From Opitutia bacterium (GTDB taxonomy: Bacteria; Verrucomicrobiota; Verrucomicrobiia; Opitutales; T3Sed10-336), in contig JBJHCF010000024.1 in NCBI GenBank assembly GCA_050506795.1, forward strand, positions 16,358-80,357: DNA of 64,000 nt, given 5' to 3'. The stretch's first letter is position 1. Each line of letters begins with the position of its first letter. The translations under genes were made by a program, and so were the position numbers. The notes under the pieces were generated by a model. It searched no databases and was not told where the DNA came from. It was given only the letters and a program-made list of their open reading frames with translations. Positions 32,101-39,603 of this stretch are shown here, piece by piece.

Positions 32101-34690
32101 GGAGGTGGTGGTGACCGAAAATCCGGTCACTCACACCATTGATTTCGGAGCGGTCGTGGAGGTTTTCGACAATCCCGATTTTTTGGTGCGGATTCGGTTC
32201 GAGCAGGGTGAGGGCGGTACCGAGGGAAACAACCGCTTCGACAATATAACCCTTGAAGGGCGTCCTTTGGCGGGCGCTTCAAGTCCTCCAACGGTGACGC
32301 CTCCGGCGGGACTGTATCGACTGGTGGAAGAGGGGGCGACGGTGCAGATCGATCTCTCGCAAGTTTTTACCAGCACGGATGGCAGTGTCCTTGATGTTGC
32401 GGTTGAGGCGGAGGGCGACGATGTGTTTGGCATTACGTTGGAGAATTACATCCTGACCATCGATCCTCAGAGGCGGGGTGACGGGAGGATCCTGCTGACC
32501 GCGGACAATAACGTGCATCCGGCGGTTTCGGTGGCATTTCGAGTCCTCGTTTTCCCATCCGCCTATCCGTTAAGGGACGGCATGTTTTCCTTTGACGCAT
32601 GGTCGCCCGACGAGCCCGCCGGGAGTTATCCGGAACATATGCTCTTTATGCAAAGCGCGGAAAGCGACACCGGAATCGGAACTTCCCTTGATTACGCCTA
32701 CCGCATTCCTCCCGGAGACGCGGCGGACCAACTGGACGTCGGTTTTCCATACCGGGCGGAATCGAGAACCAGAATCAACGGCTTGGGCGAGGACGGCATC
32801 GCGTTTATCAATACGGGAAGGGGAAGAGATTTGGGCGGGGCTTTGCTGGCGTTGGACACCCGTGAGGTCGAATATGCACCGGTGAGTTGGCTTGCCGGCA
32901 CGGTGCTTCCCAATGAGCGGGTTTACGCCATTCGGCTGCAATACCGGGTGGGAATGGAAGGGAAATTTTTAGATTTGCGACATGACAACGGCGAACCCGT
33001 CGAATACGTGCGCAATGCGATGCCGGACCACGTAATGGCAATGGCCCCGGTTCTCCTGCCTCCGGAGGCGCTGGGAGAGGAATACGTGCAGGTGCTTTGG
33101 CGGTACTACCGGGTTTCGGGTGATTCAGGGCCCAGAGCCCAATTGCGGCTGGACGATATTCGGGTCGCCAACACCGAGCCGGGATCGGCGACGGCCCTGG
33201 TATTTGCCGAGCAACCGCCGGAATGGAGTCAGAGTGGGGGAACCCTGCCGCCGGTGGTGGTGCGCGCTGTCGATGAAAGCGGCCAATTGAACACAGGCTA
33301 CCAGGGGCAGGCCAGCGTCGAAATCATCGGGGAGGGTACGCTGGCGGGTGAGGTGAACACGGCCATAATTAACGGGATAGCGGTCTTTGATGGCTTGTCT
33401 CCGGAAGGCGCCGGGGTGTTTACGCTGTCGGCTTCATCGGATGGGCTTGAATCCGCGCAAAGTGATCCTTTCAACCTGGTGCGGGTGGGTGAGGAAGTGA
33501 TGCCGCGGTACATGCAGGGGAACCAGGATCAGAATAACGACAATAACGACCGCGTGCCTTTTGCATTTCGATTGAAATTGGAGGGATTAAAGCCGGGAGC
33601 GGTGTACCGGTACGGCAATCGCGTGATCACGGCGGACGACCCTTCCGACCAGAACGGCGCCGGTAACGCGATTCTCGTGACAGGATCGGACACGCACTGG
33701 ATACGCAATACGGATTCGCCGCGGTTTCGTCCGGGGGACTACGGGCTGCGTCATCTGACCTTCACCACCGACGAAAATGGGACTTACGCGGGTTGGTTTG
33801 TTACCGAACCGACCGGCAACCGGCGCTTTGAGCCCGGCAACACGGTATTTATCCGCCTTCTGCTCAATGATGGAGCCGGAGGCGAGGAACTGTTTCATTT
33901 TCTCGATACCGGCGGAGACATTCAGGTGATTGCTTTTGGAGAGGGGGCGAATCAGGGGAGCGCGTTGACGGGTGAATCCGAAATCGGACCGCGCAACTTC
34001 ATCGTCTACTACGACAACCCCGAAGGGGAAGGGCGTCCCCTGGGGGCCACGCCTGTGGAGGTGACCGGAAGCGCGATCGACAACCGGTATGCCACGTTCT
34101 ACCATGAAACGGTTGCCACGGCCGACCAGCGATGGGGAGGGATTTTCCCCAATAACCTTTCGAGCGGCATTCGCCGGATCGAAGAACGCCGCTTTAGCGG
34201 TGGCGCCGTTCACCGGGTGTATGAAGCTCCGGACGGTTTTCCGGGAACGGTCGAAGCCTCGGGCGGGCTGGAACCGCTGCTGTTGGATCTGCAGCCGGAT
34301 GTCCTCTTCGCGCGATTCGATGACTGGCGGAATGCGGTGTTTGACGATCCTTCCGCGGAAGCGAGCGGGCCGGATGGAGATCCGAGTGGTCAGGGGGTGA
34401 AAAACCTTCTGCGGTACGCCTTCGGTATGGAAATCGATGAGCCCCCTTACCCCAGGCTGCCCAGACTGGGAAAAGTGGATGGCGACCTGCGTCTGCGGTT
34501 CCATCTGTTGAATGCGCGGAGCGACATCGTTTACCTGGTGGAAGCGACCGGGGATCTGGAGGACTGGACTGAAACGCTGTTTGATTCCCGTATTGACGAT
34601 ACCGGTACCGGTAATGGACTTTTCGAAATCAAACTGGACGGAAACACCGGAAACCAAAGATTCTATCGCGTGCGGATTCTCATGGAATGA
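26132..34690 (+). CDS. Giant secreted lamin-tail-domain/CotH kinase-like surface protein (~2850 aa)
   Basis: Signal peptide; five LTD repeats (ISEIMY, INEL, ISEIMF, INEILY, LNEL each followed by ..ELYN/ELHN-like motifs); CotH-like RYRGS...DWDGY..N...ILWDLD; C-terminal NLLRYAFG...DL.DW...FYRVR domain. Confidence 0.88.
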   Translation: MIPARLRFVLVSLMGAIIGALALPAGDLRGENTAPLSSGGGSFSDQFDYEHDFVADGVEGTGWDRVTGVQSATGPRIEARNGVLHMTSSGTAGDANPLSIARGVPTGVDLQATVQLVDAPSQGNTFERSYVNFSAPMLYIGRSDNERGISHYVSHHFFEAFNLGNGMQVVENFNRTHDGSFTSAPGYPWMRIEFEHQNARVRALRSLDGENWEEFGSRTLEALTASGAELEIGLIHAVWGGNPDPDDAYIEWDNFEIRELFDNLEITLIEPQEGFDERDDPEVTFVAEVIDRGGVGIESVSLVIDGEVIATDTSSQEGIYAFVHKIESEVIEWEIVAYDWAGERYGQSRRLIRDLGASQLDIGGIPRESLHRSSRRTGLVISEIMYRPGAWAEGQTLEFIELYNSEPTAADIGGWRLGGEIRYVFPQGTVIPGEGFLVVAASPGQVEAEYGLSGVLGGYEGTLDRSEGEVLLYHRNGGVLLEAAYSSAHPWAAAAGGAGHSLVLARPSYGEGSATAWEASRVRGGSPGAHEPETTAELDAIKINELLARDEADEVTVSFVELYNHSREPVDLSGAFLSDRPDANRFQIPEGVIVPAGGFLAYDETELGFSFDASGGGVYLVSPGEDRVIDAVRFEPLADGVSLGRFPDGAPEFRRLAEPTPASPNGGLFNGPIVISEIMFNPISGSELDTYVELHNRGDDVVNLGGWRFAAGIRFTFPAGTSLAPGGYLVVARDRNRLIDRYPNLNSGNTVGNFGGRLSNSGERLAIAMPVSRPGGRIEHVVVNEVTYRDGGRWGEWANRDGSSIELRDPRSDNRRSANWTHSDESEKGEWTLIEHTGVMSHGSGPADQLHILLPSAGHALIDEVEVRVEGGPNLVTNGTFDSGIQGWLAQGHHVTSHWSPDEGFQGGGSLRLEASGSGDTGANRVRVQLAEALPSGSTVTLRARARWIAGHPQVLLRLRGNYLEVMGDLHVPSNLGTPGAPNSVHLTNAGPAIYDARHSPVLPAANQPVAVTARAHDPDGVSGLILHYRVDPAGDYTAVPMLDDGEGRDAVAGDGLYTTVIPGQAANTLIAYYIEAVDEQGATATYPENPSEYEALVRFGDRNRPGSYLTYHMWFTDEVIEEWESREVLSNRRLPGTLVYGNRVIHNIGARYRGSPWRRPTGFSFQVPRDERLLGAREFNLNGIHHTDSSAQRELMGYWIAEQIGLAFSHQTYIHLYRNGRGQQLGANVFTDIQHIESEYLQSWFPDDDRGELFKIDDWFEFTPTFSFISVQNARLLPYREADGTLKQARYRWSWNKRSNRWLDDDYSNLFQLVEAVNTEDEQRYTAAVESVADIEQWMRVFAIRRIVSDWDGYGYNRGKNAWTYKPERGPWQMILWDLDKGIGADNSSPTASLFGADDPVVVRMYNHPPFRRAYWRAFHDAVHGPLLAGAFGAKVDANYAAFVENGLNVTGTQPLKDWINTRRNYLINQLNTVQTDLAINGTEVENGRVELAGVAPVGARTLTINGAEYPLIWDSETEWRVTLPLDRGQNPFVVRSFDSNGQLLDETGTTVNWPSTPANPVVSLAINEILYHPADPRTEFVEIHNTSSEHTFSLGGYRLDELDFTFAQGTLIEPGAFLLVVRDRTAFQNAFGVGRPIAGEFSGAFPQRNVSLRLLRPATDTVSGLLLDQVYYLPSRPWPSAGSASGSSYQRVDPGQSGDHPGNWVLAPPTPGEPNSAREDLPAFPSLWLNELQAVNTGTVTDAFGEAGPWVELYYSGSQVLSLNGFYLSNDADDLAMWTFPQGATIEPASYALVWLDGQSGLTESDEWHASFAMDADAGELFLSREAEGEHRVIDAIGYDGLPAGHSVGRHPDGAGAAPVRLSSPTPGSPNSIPPLSLLHYWNFNDSEDLLGSSYTVGGGSLTVEEGVWGEAFADDGQGFAGTNARFGDPAGTHLRFNFPLVGSITIAASTTGHQDVTLSYETSRSGQGAALQIVEYSADGETFVPFAEVVVTENPVTHTIDFGAVVEVFDNPDFLVRIRFEQGEGGTEGNNRFDNITLEGRPLAGASSPPTVTPPAGLYRLVEEGATVQIDLSQVFTSTDGSVLDVAVEAEGDDVFGITLENYILTIDPQRRGDGRILLTADNNVHPAVSVAFRVLVFPSAYPLRDGMFSFDAWSPDEPAGSYPEHMLFMQSAESDTGIGTSLDYAYRIPPGDAADQLDVGFPYRAESRTRINGLGEDGIAFINTGRGRDLGGALLALDTREVEYAPVSWLAGTVLPNERVYAIRLQYRVGMEGKFLDLRHDNGEPVEYVRNAMPDHVMAMAPVLLPPEALGEEYVQVLWRYYRVSGDSGPRAQLRLDDIRVANTEPGSATALVFAEQPPEWSQSGGTLPPVVVRAVDESGQLNTGYQGQASVEIIGEGTLAGEVNTAIINGIAVFDGLSPEGAGVFTLSASSDGLESAQSDPFNLVRVGEEVMPRYMQGNQDQNNDNNDRVPFAFRLKLEGLKPGAVYRYGNRVITADDPSDQNGAGNAILVTGSDTHWIRNTDSPRFRPGDYGLRHLTFTTDENGTYAGWFVTEPTGNRRFEPGNTVFIRLLLNDGAGGEELFHFLDTGGDIQVIAFGEGANQGSALTGESEIGPRNFIVYYDNPEGEGRPLGATPVEVTGSAIDNRYATFYHETVATADQRWGGIFPNNLSSGIRRIEERRFSGGAVHRVYEAPDGFPGTVEASGGLEPLLLDLQPDVLFARFDDWRNAVFDDPSAEASGPDGDPSGQGVKNLLRYAFGMEIDEPPYPRLPRLGKVDGDLRLRFHLLNARSDIVYLVEATGDLEDWTETLFDSRIDDTGTGNGLFEIKLDGNTGNQRFYRVRILME

Positions 34691-34741
34691 GGTTTTCACC
34701 GGTCGCTTGACAGTGAATTCGCGCCGTATCATTTCAAGACC

Positions 34742-36448
34742 ATGACCCAACATTCCAAGCCTCCTCACTCATCCGCCACCCGGCCTTGCCTCGAAGGGGA
34801 AATGGCGGGAATGATCGCGCGCTTCACCCAGGACTGGGATTCGGTGAGCCGTTTCTATCGAATTGCCGCTTCCAGGGAGGACCGGGATCGCAGGCTTGCT
34901 TTTTTGGGTGATACGAGACGCAGCCTGGAGGAAGTTGCTTTTGATTCACTGGGACCGGACGATCGAATCGACTGGATCGCAATGAGGGACTGGCTGGATG
35001 CGACCATTGCCCGTGAGCGTCAACGGCAGGTGCAGGAAGAGGAAATTGTGGACCTTGTGCCCTTTGCCGATCGGATCGCGGAACTCGCGCATCGGAGACG
35101 GAGTGCGGAGCGACCGGAAGGCAAGGAACTCGCGGCAATCCTTGACGCGATAAGAACGGCGACCGAAACCTGCCGGAACAGCATTACGGATCGGGCACCT
35201 GAAGGCGCTTCCCGCGAAATCACCCAAAAGGAGAAGGTTCTGGCCTTGAGGGCCTGCAAGCTTATCGTGAAGTTGCGGGCGGATCTTGAGGAGTGGGCGA
35301 CGTTTTATCGTGATTATGATCCGGGTATCACCTGGTGGATCGGACGTCCCTACGAAGCGTTGAGAAGCGCTCTGGACTCCTATGCCAAACGGCTGCGGAG
35401 TGCGGTGCTCGGGGAACAGGTCGATGGCAAGGGAGAGGAGCCGGTGGTGGGCGATCCGATTGGGCGGGAGGCACTTTTGAATGAACTCGCGGCTGAGTGG
35501 ATTGCCTACGAGCCGGAGAAGCTGATCGAACTGGCTGAGAAGGAATGGGAGTGGTGCGAAAAGGAGCGGCTCAAAGCGGCCCGCGAGATGGGGCTGGGGA
35601 ACGACTGGCGGGCGGCATTGACACGCATAAACGAGGACTATCTGCAACCCGGCGAGCAACCCGGTTTGGTGATGGACCTCGCCCGGGAGGCGATCGCGTA
35701 TCTGAAAGACAATGACCTGGTGACGGTGCCGGAGCTTTGTGAGGCGACCTGGGAAATGAAGATGATGACGCCCGAGCGTCAGAAGGTTAACCCCTACTTT
35801 ACCGGAGGTCAGACCATTAGCGTTTCTTTTCCCACCCAGGGAATGAGCCATGAGGAAAAACTGATGAGTCTGCGAGGGAATAATCGGCATTTTGCCAGGG
35901 CTACCGTACAGCATGAATTGATTCCCGGACATCACCTGCAGATGTTTATGTCCGATCGTTACCGTCCGTACCGGAAAATCTTCAGGACGCCGTTCTTTCT
36001 TGAAGGATGGGCACTGTATTGGGAAATCATTCTTTACGAAAAAGGGTTCCATCACACACCCGAAGGCCGAACGGGAGCCCTGTTCTGGCGAATGCACCGG
36101 GCGGCACGGGTGATCTTTTCACTGCGTTTCCATCTCGGTCAAATGACCGCGGATGAAGCGGTTGCGTTTTTGGAGCGGGAGGTTGGACACGAGCACCGCA
36201 ACGCGGTTGCCGAGGTGCGGCGTTCGGTATCGGATGACTACCCTCCGTTGTACCAGGCCGCGTATCTCATCGGTGGGCTTCAAATGCGGGCATTACGGGC
36301 GGAGTTGGTCGATTCGGGGAAGATGGAGGAGAAGGCGTTTCATGATGCGATTCTGCAGCAGAGCTACCTGCCGATCGAGCTGTTACAGGCGGCATTGCGT
36401 GGCGATTCGCTGGAGAAGGACAGTCGCGGCCAATGGAAATTCGATTGA
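34742..36448 (+). CDS. DUF885 family protein (putative metallopeptidase)
   Basis: HELIPGHHLQ, EGWALYWE, WRMHRAAR and YQAAYLIG motifs. Confidence 0.88.
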   Translation: MTQHSKPPHSSATRPCLEGEMAGMIARFTQDWDSVSRFYRIAASREDRDRRLAFLGDTRRSLEEVAFDSLGPDDRIDWIAMRDWLDATIARERQRQVQEEEIVDLVPFADRIAELAHRRRSAERPEGKELAAILDAIRTATETCRNSITDRAPEGASREITQKEKVLALRACKLIVKLRADLEEWATFYRDYDPGITWWIGRPYEALRSALDSYAKRLRSAVLGEQVDGKGEEPVVGDPIGREALLNELAAEWIAYEPEKLIELAEKEWEWCEKERLKAAREMGLGNDWRAALTRINEDYLQPGEQPGLVMDLAREAIAYLKDNDLVTVPELCEATWEMKMMTPERQKVNPYFTGGQTISVSFPTQGMSHEEKLMSLRGNNRHFARATVQHELIPGHHLQMFMSDRYRPYRKIFRTPFFLEGWALYWEIILYEKGFHHTPEGRTGALFWRMHRAARVIFSLRFHLGQMTADEAVAFLEREVGHEHRNAVAEVRRSVSDDYPPLYQAAYLIGGLQMRALRAELVDSGKMEEKAFHDAILQQSYLPIELLQAALRGDSLEKDSRGQWKFD

Positions 36449-36481
36449 TCGGGGCTTGATTCCCTTGCCGTCGTGAACCAG

Positions 36482-36521
36482 AAAAAAAGGGGACGCTGTC
36501 TGCGGCATCCGCTTATTTTTT
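36482..36521. terminator. Probable bidirectional intrinsic terminator
   Basis: A-run, imperfect GC hairpin GGACGCTG-TCTG-CGGCATCC, then T-run, between convergent genes. Confidence 0.55.
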
Positions 36522-36574
36522 ATGGGGCATTCTTCTTACCTGCCCGGGCGATCTTCCAAGCGGAGCAACGGCCG

Positions 36575-36733
36575 TTATCACTTGACCAGACCTGTCTCCG
36601 GCACCTCGATGGACACCCGCTGCCGATGCAGGCTCCAGCCGTCACTCGTCCAGTGGGCCATGACCATTTCATCGTGGTCGATCTGCACGACGAAGAAATC
36701 GCCCGGCGAATTGCCGCGCTGGGCCGCGCCGTT
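36575..36733 (-). pseudogene. Relic 3' fragment of a metallophosphoesterase-like gene
   Basis: Start-less frame NGAAQRGNSPGDFFVVQIDHDEMVMAHWTSDGWSLHRQRVSIEVPETGLVK ending TGA TAA; resembles the C-termini of the phosphoesterase domains in this window. Confidence 0.5.
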
Positions 36734-38085
36734 TAATCCTGCATAAAAACCTCCGAATGCGGCGCCCCGGTTGCGCCGGGGAGAGAGAGGCCGAGGAGCG
36801 AAGCCCCCGTTGGTCCGATATCCTCCATTCGGATCAGGGGAATGACGCCCCCCTCGCGCACGCCGGCGCCCCAGGCAATAAACCCGGTCCTCATCTTTTC
36901 GATATCGGAATGGTGGCCGTGGGATCCTCCCGAAGCGGGCACGGCATCTTCGCCCGACCCGCTTTCTCCGAAGGTCGCACCGTCCGCGGCGGCCAGCGCC
37001 AGGACGGCATCGGGGTCGGAACCGAGCTTCCGGAGGCCCTCTTCATCAATCACATCGAACAAGAGGCGCGTGGAAGCGGGCAGGTTCTTGAGCAGGTTCC
37101 GTACTTCCTCCAGAGCCTCCCGGTCGTCGGGGTCCCGCAATCTCAAGAACGCCGAGCCGCCCGCTGTTTTAAACGTTGCGCGCCATTCGTCACGGGTCAG
37201 GGTGGTATCCCGCAAGCCCGCCTCCACCAGCCAGACATTGGGTTGGACCCTGACAGTGAAATCGACAAACCCGTGGTCGCCGGTGACAATCACCGCTGTT
37301 TCGTCCAGGATCCCGGCCCTCCGGCACGCTGCGATCATTCGTGTCATCACGCGGTCGGCCAGTGCGACCGCGCGGCGCACTTCAACGTGCTCCCGTCCGT
37401 GCCGGTGCTGTGCGGAATCGGTGTTGGTGACATGAATGAGCACCAGGTTGGGCGTGTACTCTTCAATCATATATTCCGCAATCGGTCCGGCAGTCTCGGC
37501 ACTGGTGACTCCCTGGACCCTGCCTGTCCCGAGGACCCTTTCTCGCAGTTCCTCCACAAATCCTTCCGGAGTTGTCGTCCCTTGCGCTGCGGCTCCCCAG
37601 ACATCGGGAATATTGTAGTCGATTGTGGCATGGACCGCGACAGGCCATTTCAAGCCGGCTGATGTCCCCCCGGCCTCATGCACAATATCCCAGAGGGTCG
37701 GCACTTTGATCGCGTCGGCGTACCAGTACCATTCCCCGGTTGCCTCTCCCGGGAGGAACGGCGTGTTGTACAAAATCCCGTGGTCGGCGGGCAACGCACC
37801 GGTGACGAGGGTGGTGTGGGAGGGAAAGGTCACACTGGGGAAAATCCCATACACGCCTTGTGCGTGGGTGCCTTCGCGGGCCATTTGCTGCAGGGTGGGA
37901 GCCGGCCACGTCTCGTCGAGGTAAAATTCGGGGCGGAGCCCGTCTATGGAAAACAGGATTAGATGTTTCGCCGGGGCGCCTGCGGTTGCTGATTCCCGTT
38001 CGGGTTCCTGGCCGTAAACATCAGGCGAACCCAAAACGGCAGCCAGCAGGATTAAGGGGAATGAGAAAGGCGAAAATTTACACAT
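36733..38085 (-). CDS. Alkaline phosphatase superfamily nucleotide pyrophosphatase/phosphodiesterase
   Basis: SIDGLR, FPSVTFPSHTTLVTG (Thr nucleophile), D..QH.HG, TGDHGF and GSHG; signal peptide. Confidence 0.92.
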   Translation of the reverse strand: MCKFSPFSFPLILLAAVLGSPDVYGQEPERESATAGAPAKHLILFSIDGLRPEFYLDETWPAPTLQQMAREGTHAQGVYGIFPSVTFPSHTTLVTGALPADHGILYNTPFLPGEATGEWYWYADAIKVPTLWDIVHEAGGTSAGLKWPVAVHATIDYNIPDVWGAAAQGTTTPEGFVEELRERVLGTGRVQGVTSAETAGPIAEYMIEEYTPNLVLIHVTNTDSAQHRHGREHVEVRRAVALADRVMTRMIAACRRAGILDETAVIVTGDHGFVDFTVRVQPNVWLVEAGLRDTTLTRDEWRATFKTAGGSAFLRLRDPDDREALEEVRNLLKNLPASTRLLFDVIDEEGLRKLGSDPDAVLALAAADGATFGESGSGEDAVPASGGSHGHHSDIEKMRTGFIAWGAGVREGGVIPLIRMEDIGPTGASLLGLSLPGATGAPHSEVFMQD

Positions 38086-38122
38086 GGTTTGCTCATTTTG
38101 AGGATGACGTGTTGCGGATCAA

Positions 38123-39283
38123 TTATTGGTATAATGGAAGTCGCCAGACTTCCGATCTCCATCCCCAGTTGTTCGCCGCCCATCCGGTTTCCGTGCCCGT
38201 GGAAAAAGCCTCGCGGACAACCAGTTCCTCGTCTTCAACACGGCAGTACCAGAATGCACGGTTGCCGCCGCCGGCGGCTGAGTTATTGCTGCCCATGATG
38301 CGGTAGCCGCCCGGCGCGCCCTGGTTATTTGTCCCATCCCACGTGCCGATCTGCCGTCCGTGCAGGTGACCGTGAAAGATTCCGACGACATTGTAGCCCT
38401 GAAGTGCCTCGTGATAGGCTCTTACGTCGCACGGATGCCACCAGTCGCTCGTCCGCCCGCTGGAATCCGGATCACACGCGTCGGGATCGCTGAAACGGAA
38501 AATATCCACGTGCTGGAGGAGCACCACCGGTTTGCCGGTATCGCCGACATTCCTGGCGAGATCATTCACGAGGAAGTCGTAACTGTTAAACGGCTCCATA
38601 CGCCCATGTTCGAGGCCGTCCGGGTGGTGGCCGACCACGTGTCCCAGGGTGATAAAGTGAATTCCGCCCCAATCCCACGAGCAATGCTGCTTGTACTCCG
38701 GTTCAAGGTTCATGATCGCGCCCCGATCCAAGCGGCTTTGGTTGCGATTGTAGATCCCCTCCAGTGCCGGGGTCCACTCGCGCGTGCTGTCATGGTTGCC
38801 GAACAGTTCATACACGGGGTAGCGGAGAATATGGCCGTCAGTGCCGGTCATCCCGTAGTCCCTGACAAATTCATCCCATTCGGTGTGCTGCCGCGCCTCC
38901 CAGATGGCGCCGGTCTTGTCGCCGCTGTCAATCATATCTCCCAAGTGGATTACCGCCCGAGGCTCCGTTACCTCCGTACCTCCGATATTATTCGGCAGCG
39001 CCTTACCCGGGAGTTCGTTCAGGCGGTCCAGCAGTCGCTTGTTGACGACATCAATCCACTGCACCAATTCGTCGGTCTTATCGCCCACACGCGCATCGTA
39101 GTGCGTGTCGGTCACAATCAGAAACGACAGCGGATCCGCTGTCGCCGACGAGGCGACTGCGTGCGCCGTGCCGGCGCGGATGTTCGGCAGGGAAAATCCG
39201 GTCGTTGGCAGGAGACTGATTGCGGCGCCCGCGGTGGTCAGATTCTTGATAAATCGGCGCCTGCTCTGTAAATCATTTTTCAT
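38123..39283 (-). CDS. Tat-exported calcineurin-like metallophosphoesterase
   Basis: SRRRFIK Tat motif; DTH, GDMID, GNHD and HGHLH. Confidence 0.9.
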   Translation of the reverse strand: MKNDLQSRRRFIKNLTTAGAAISLLPTTGFSLPNIRAGTAHAVASSATADPLSFLIVTDTHYDARVGDKTDELVQWIDVVNKRLLDRLNELPGKALPNNIGGTEVTEPRAVIHLGDMIDSGDKTGAIWEARQHTEWDEFVRDYGMTGTDGHILRYPVYELFGNHDSTREWTPALEGIYNRNQSRLDRGAIMNLEPEYKQHCSWDWGGIHFITLGHVVGHHPDGLEHGRMEPFNSYDFLVNDLARNVGDTGKPVVLLQHVDIFRFSDPDACDPDSSGRTSDWWHPCDVRAYHEALQGYNVVGIFHGHLHGRQIGTWDGTNNQGAPGGYRIMGSNNSAAGGGNRAFWYCRVEDEELVVREAFSTGTETGWAANNWGWRSEVWRLPLYQ

Positions 39284-39587
39284 GATATCTCAACCTGTTA
39301 TCGTTTCTTGGCTTTCCGGAGACGAAGGACAAGGAATCATCTAATATGGCACTGTCGCGCATAACTTCGATGCCGCAAAAACCATCAAACTCACATTGCG
39401 GAAACGCGGGAAACCCACTGATTAGGCATGAATGGAAATCCCTGCGTTCCAGGTTAATTTCGCGCGCTTTCGCCGCCGTTGCGTTTTAACCGGTTCTTCT
39501 TTCGCGTGTCAATGCTTTTGGGACTCTGTCGACGAAGTCCGACGCACTCCTGGCTCCTTAAAGAGGAAAGGTGGGGAATGGCGAAAC

Positions 39588-39603
39588 TACAGGGTGCCCT
39601 GTA
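39588..39603. other. Short palindrome TACAGGG-TG-CCCTGTA at a gene end
   Basis: 7-bp inverted repeat directly after the stop of the 39604-41508 gene. Confidence 0.3.

Noticed and set aside
34707..34732. TTGACA...TATCAT sigma70-like promoter before DUF885
   Set aside because: The spacer is only 14 nt, so it cannot be supported as a canonical promoter.
36473..36746. Short plus-strand ORFs of 87 and 74 aa
   Set aside because: They overlap the terminator and are antisense to the more protein-like relic frame.
39284..39603. Long intergenic region checked for riboswitches (also 25742-26131 and 61226-61567)
   Set aside because: No convincing match by eye to cobalamin, TPP, SAM or c-di-GMP consensus; an Rfam scan would be needed.
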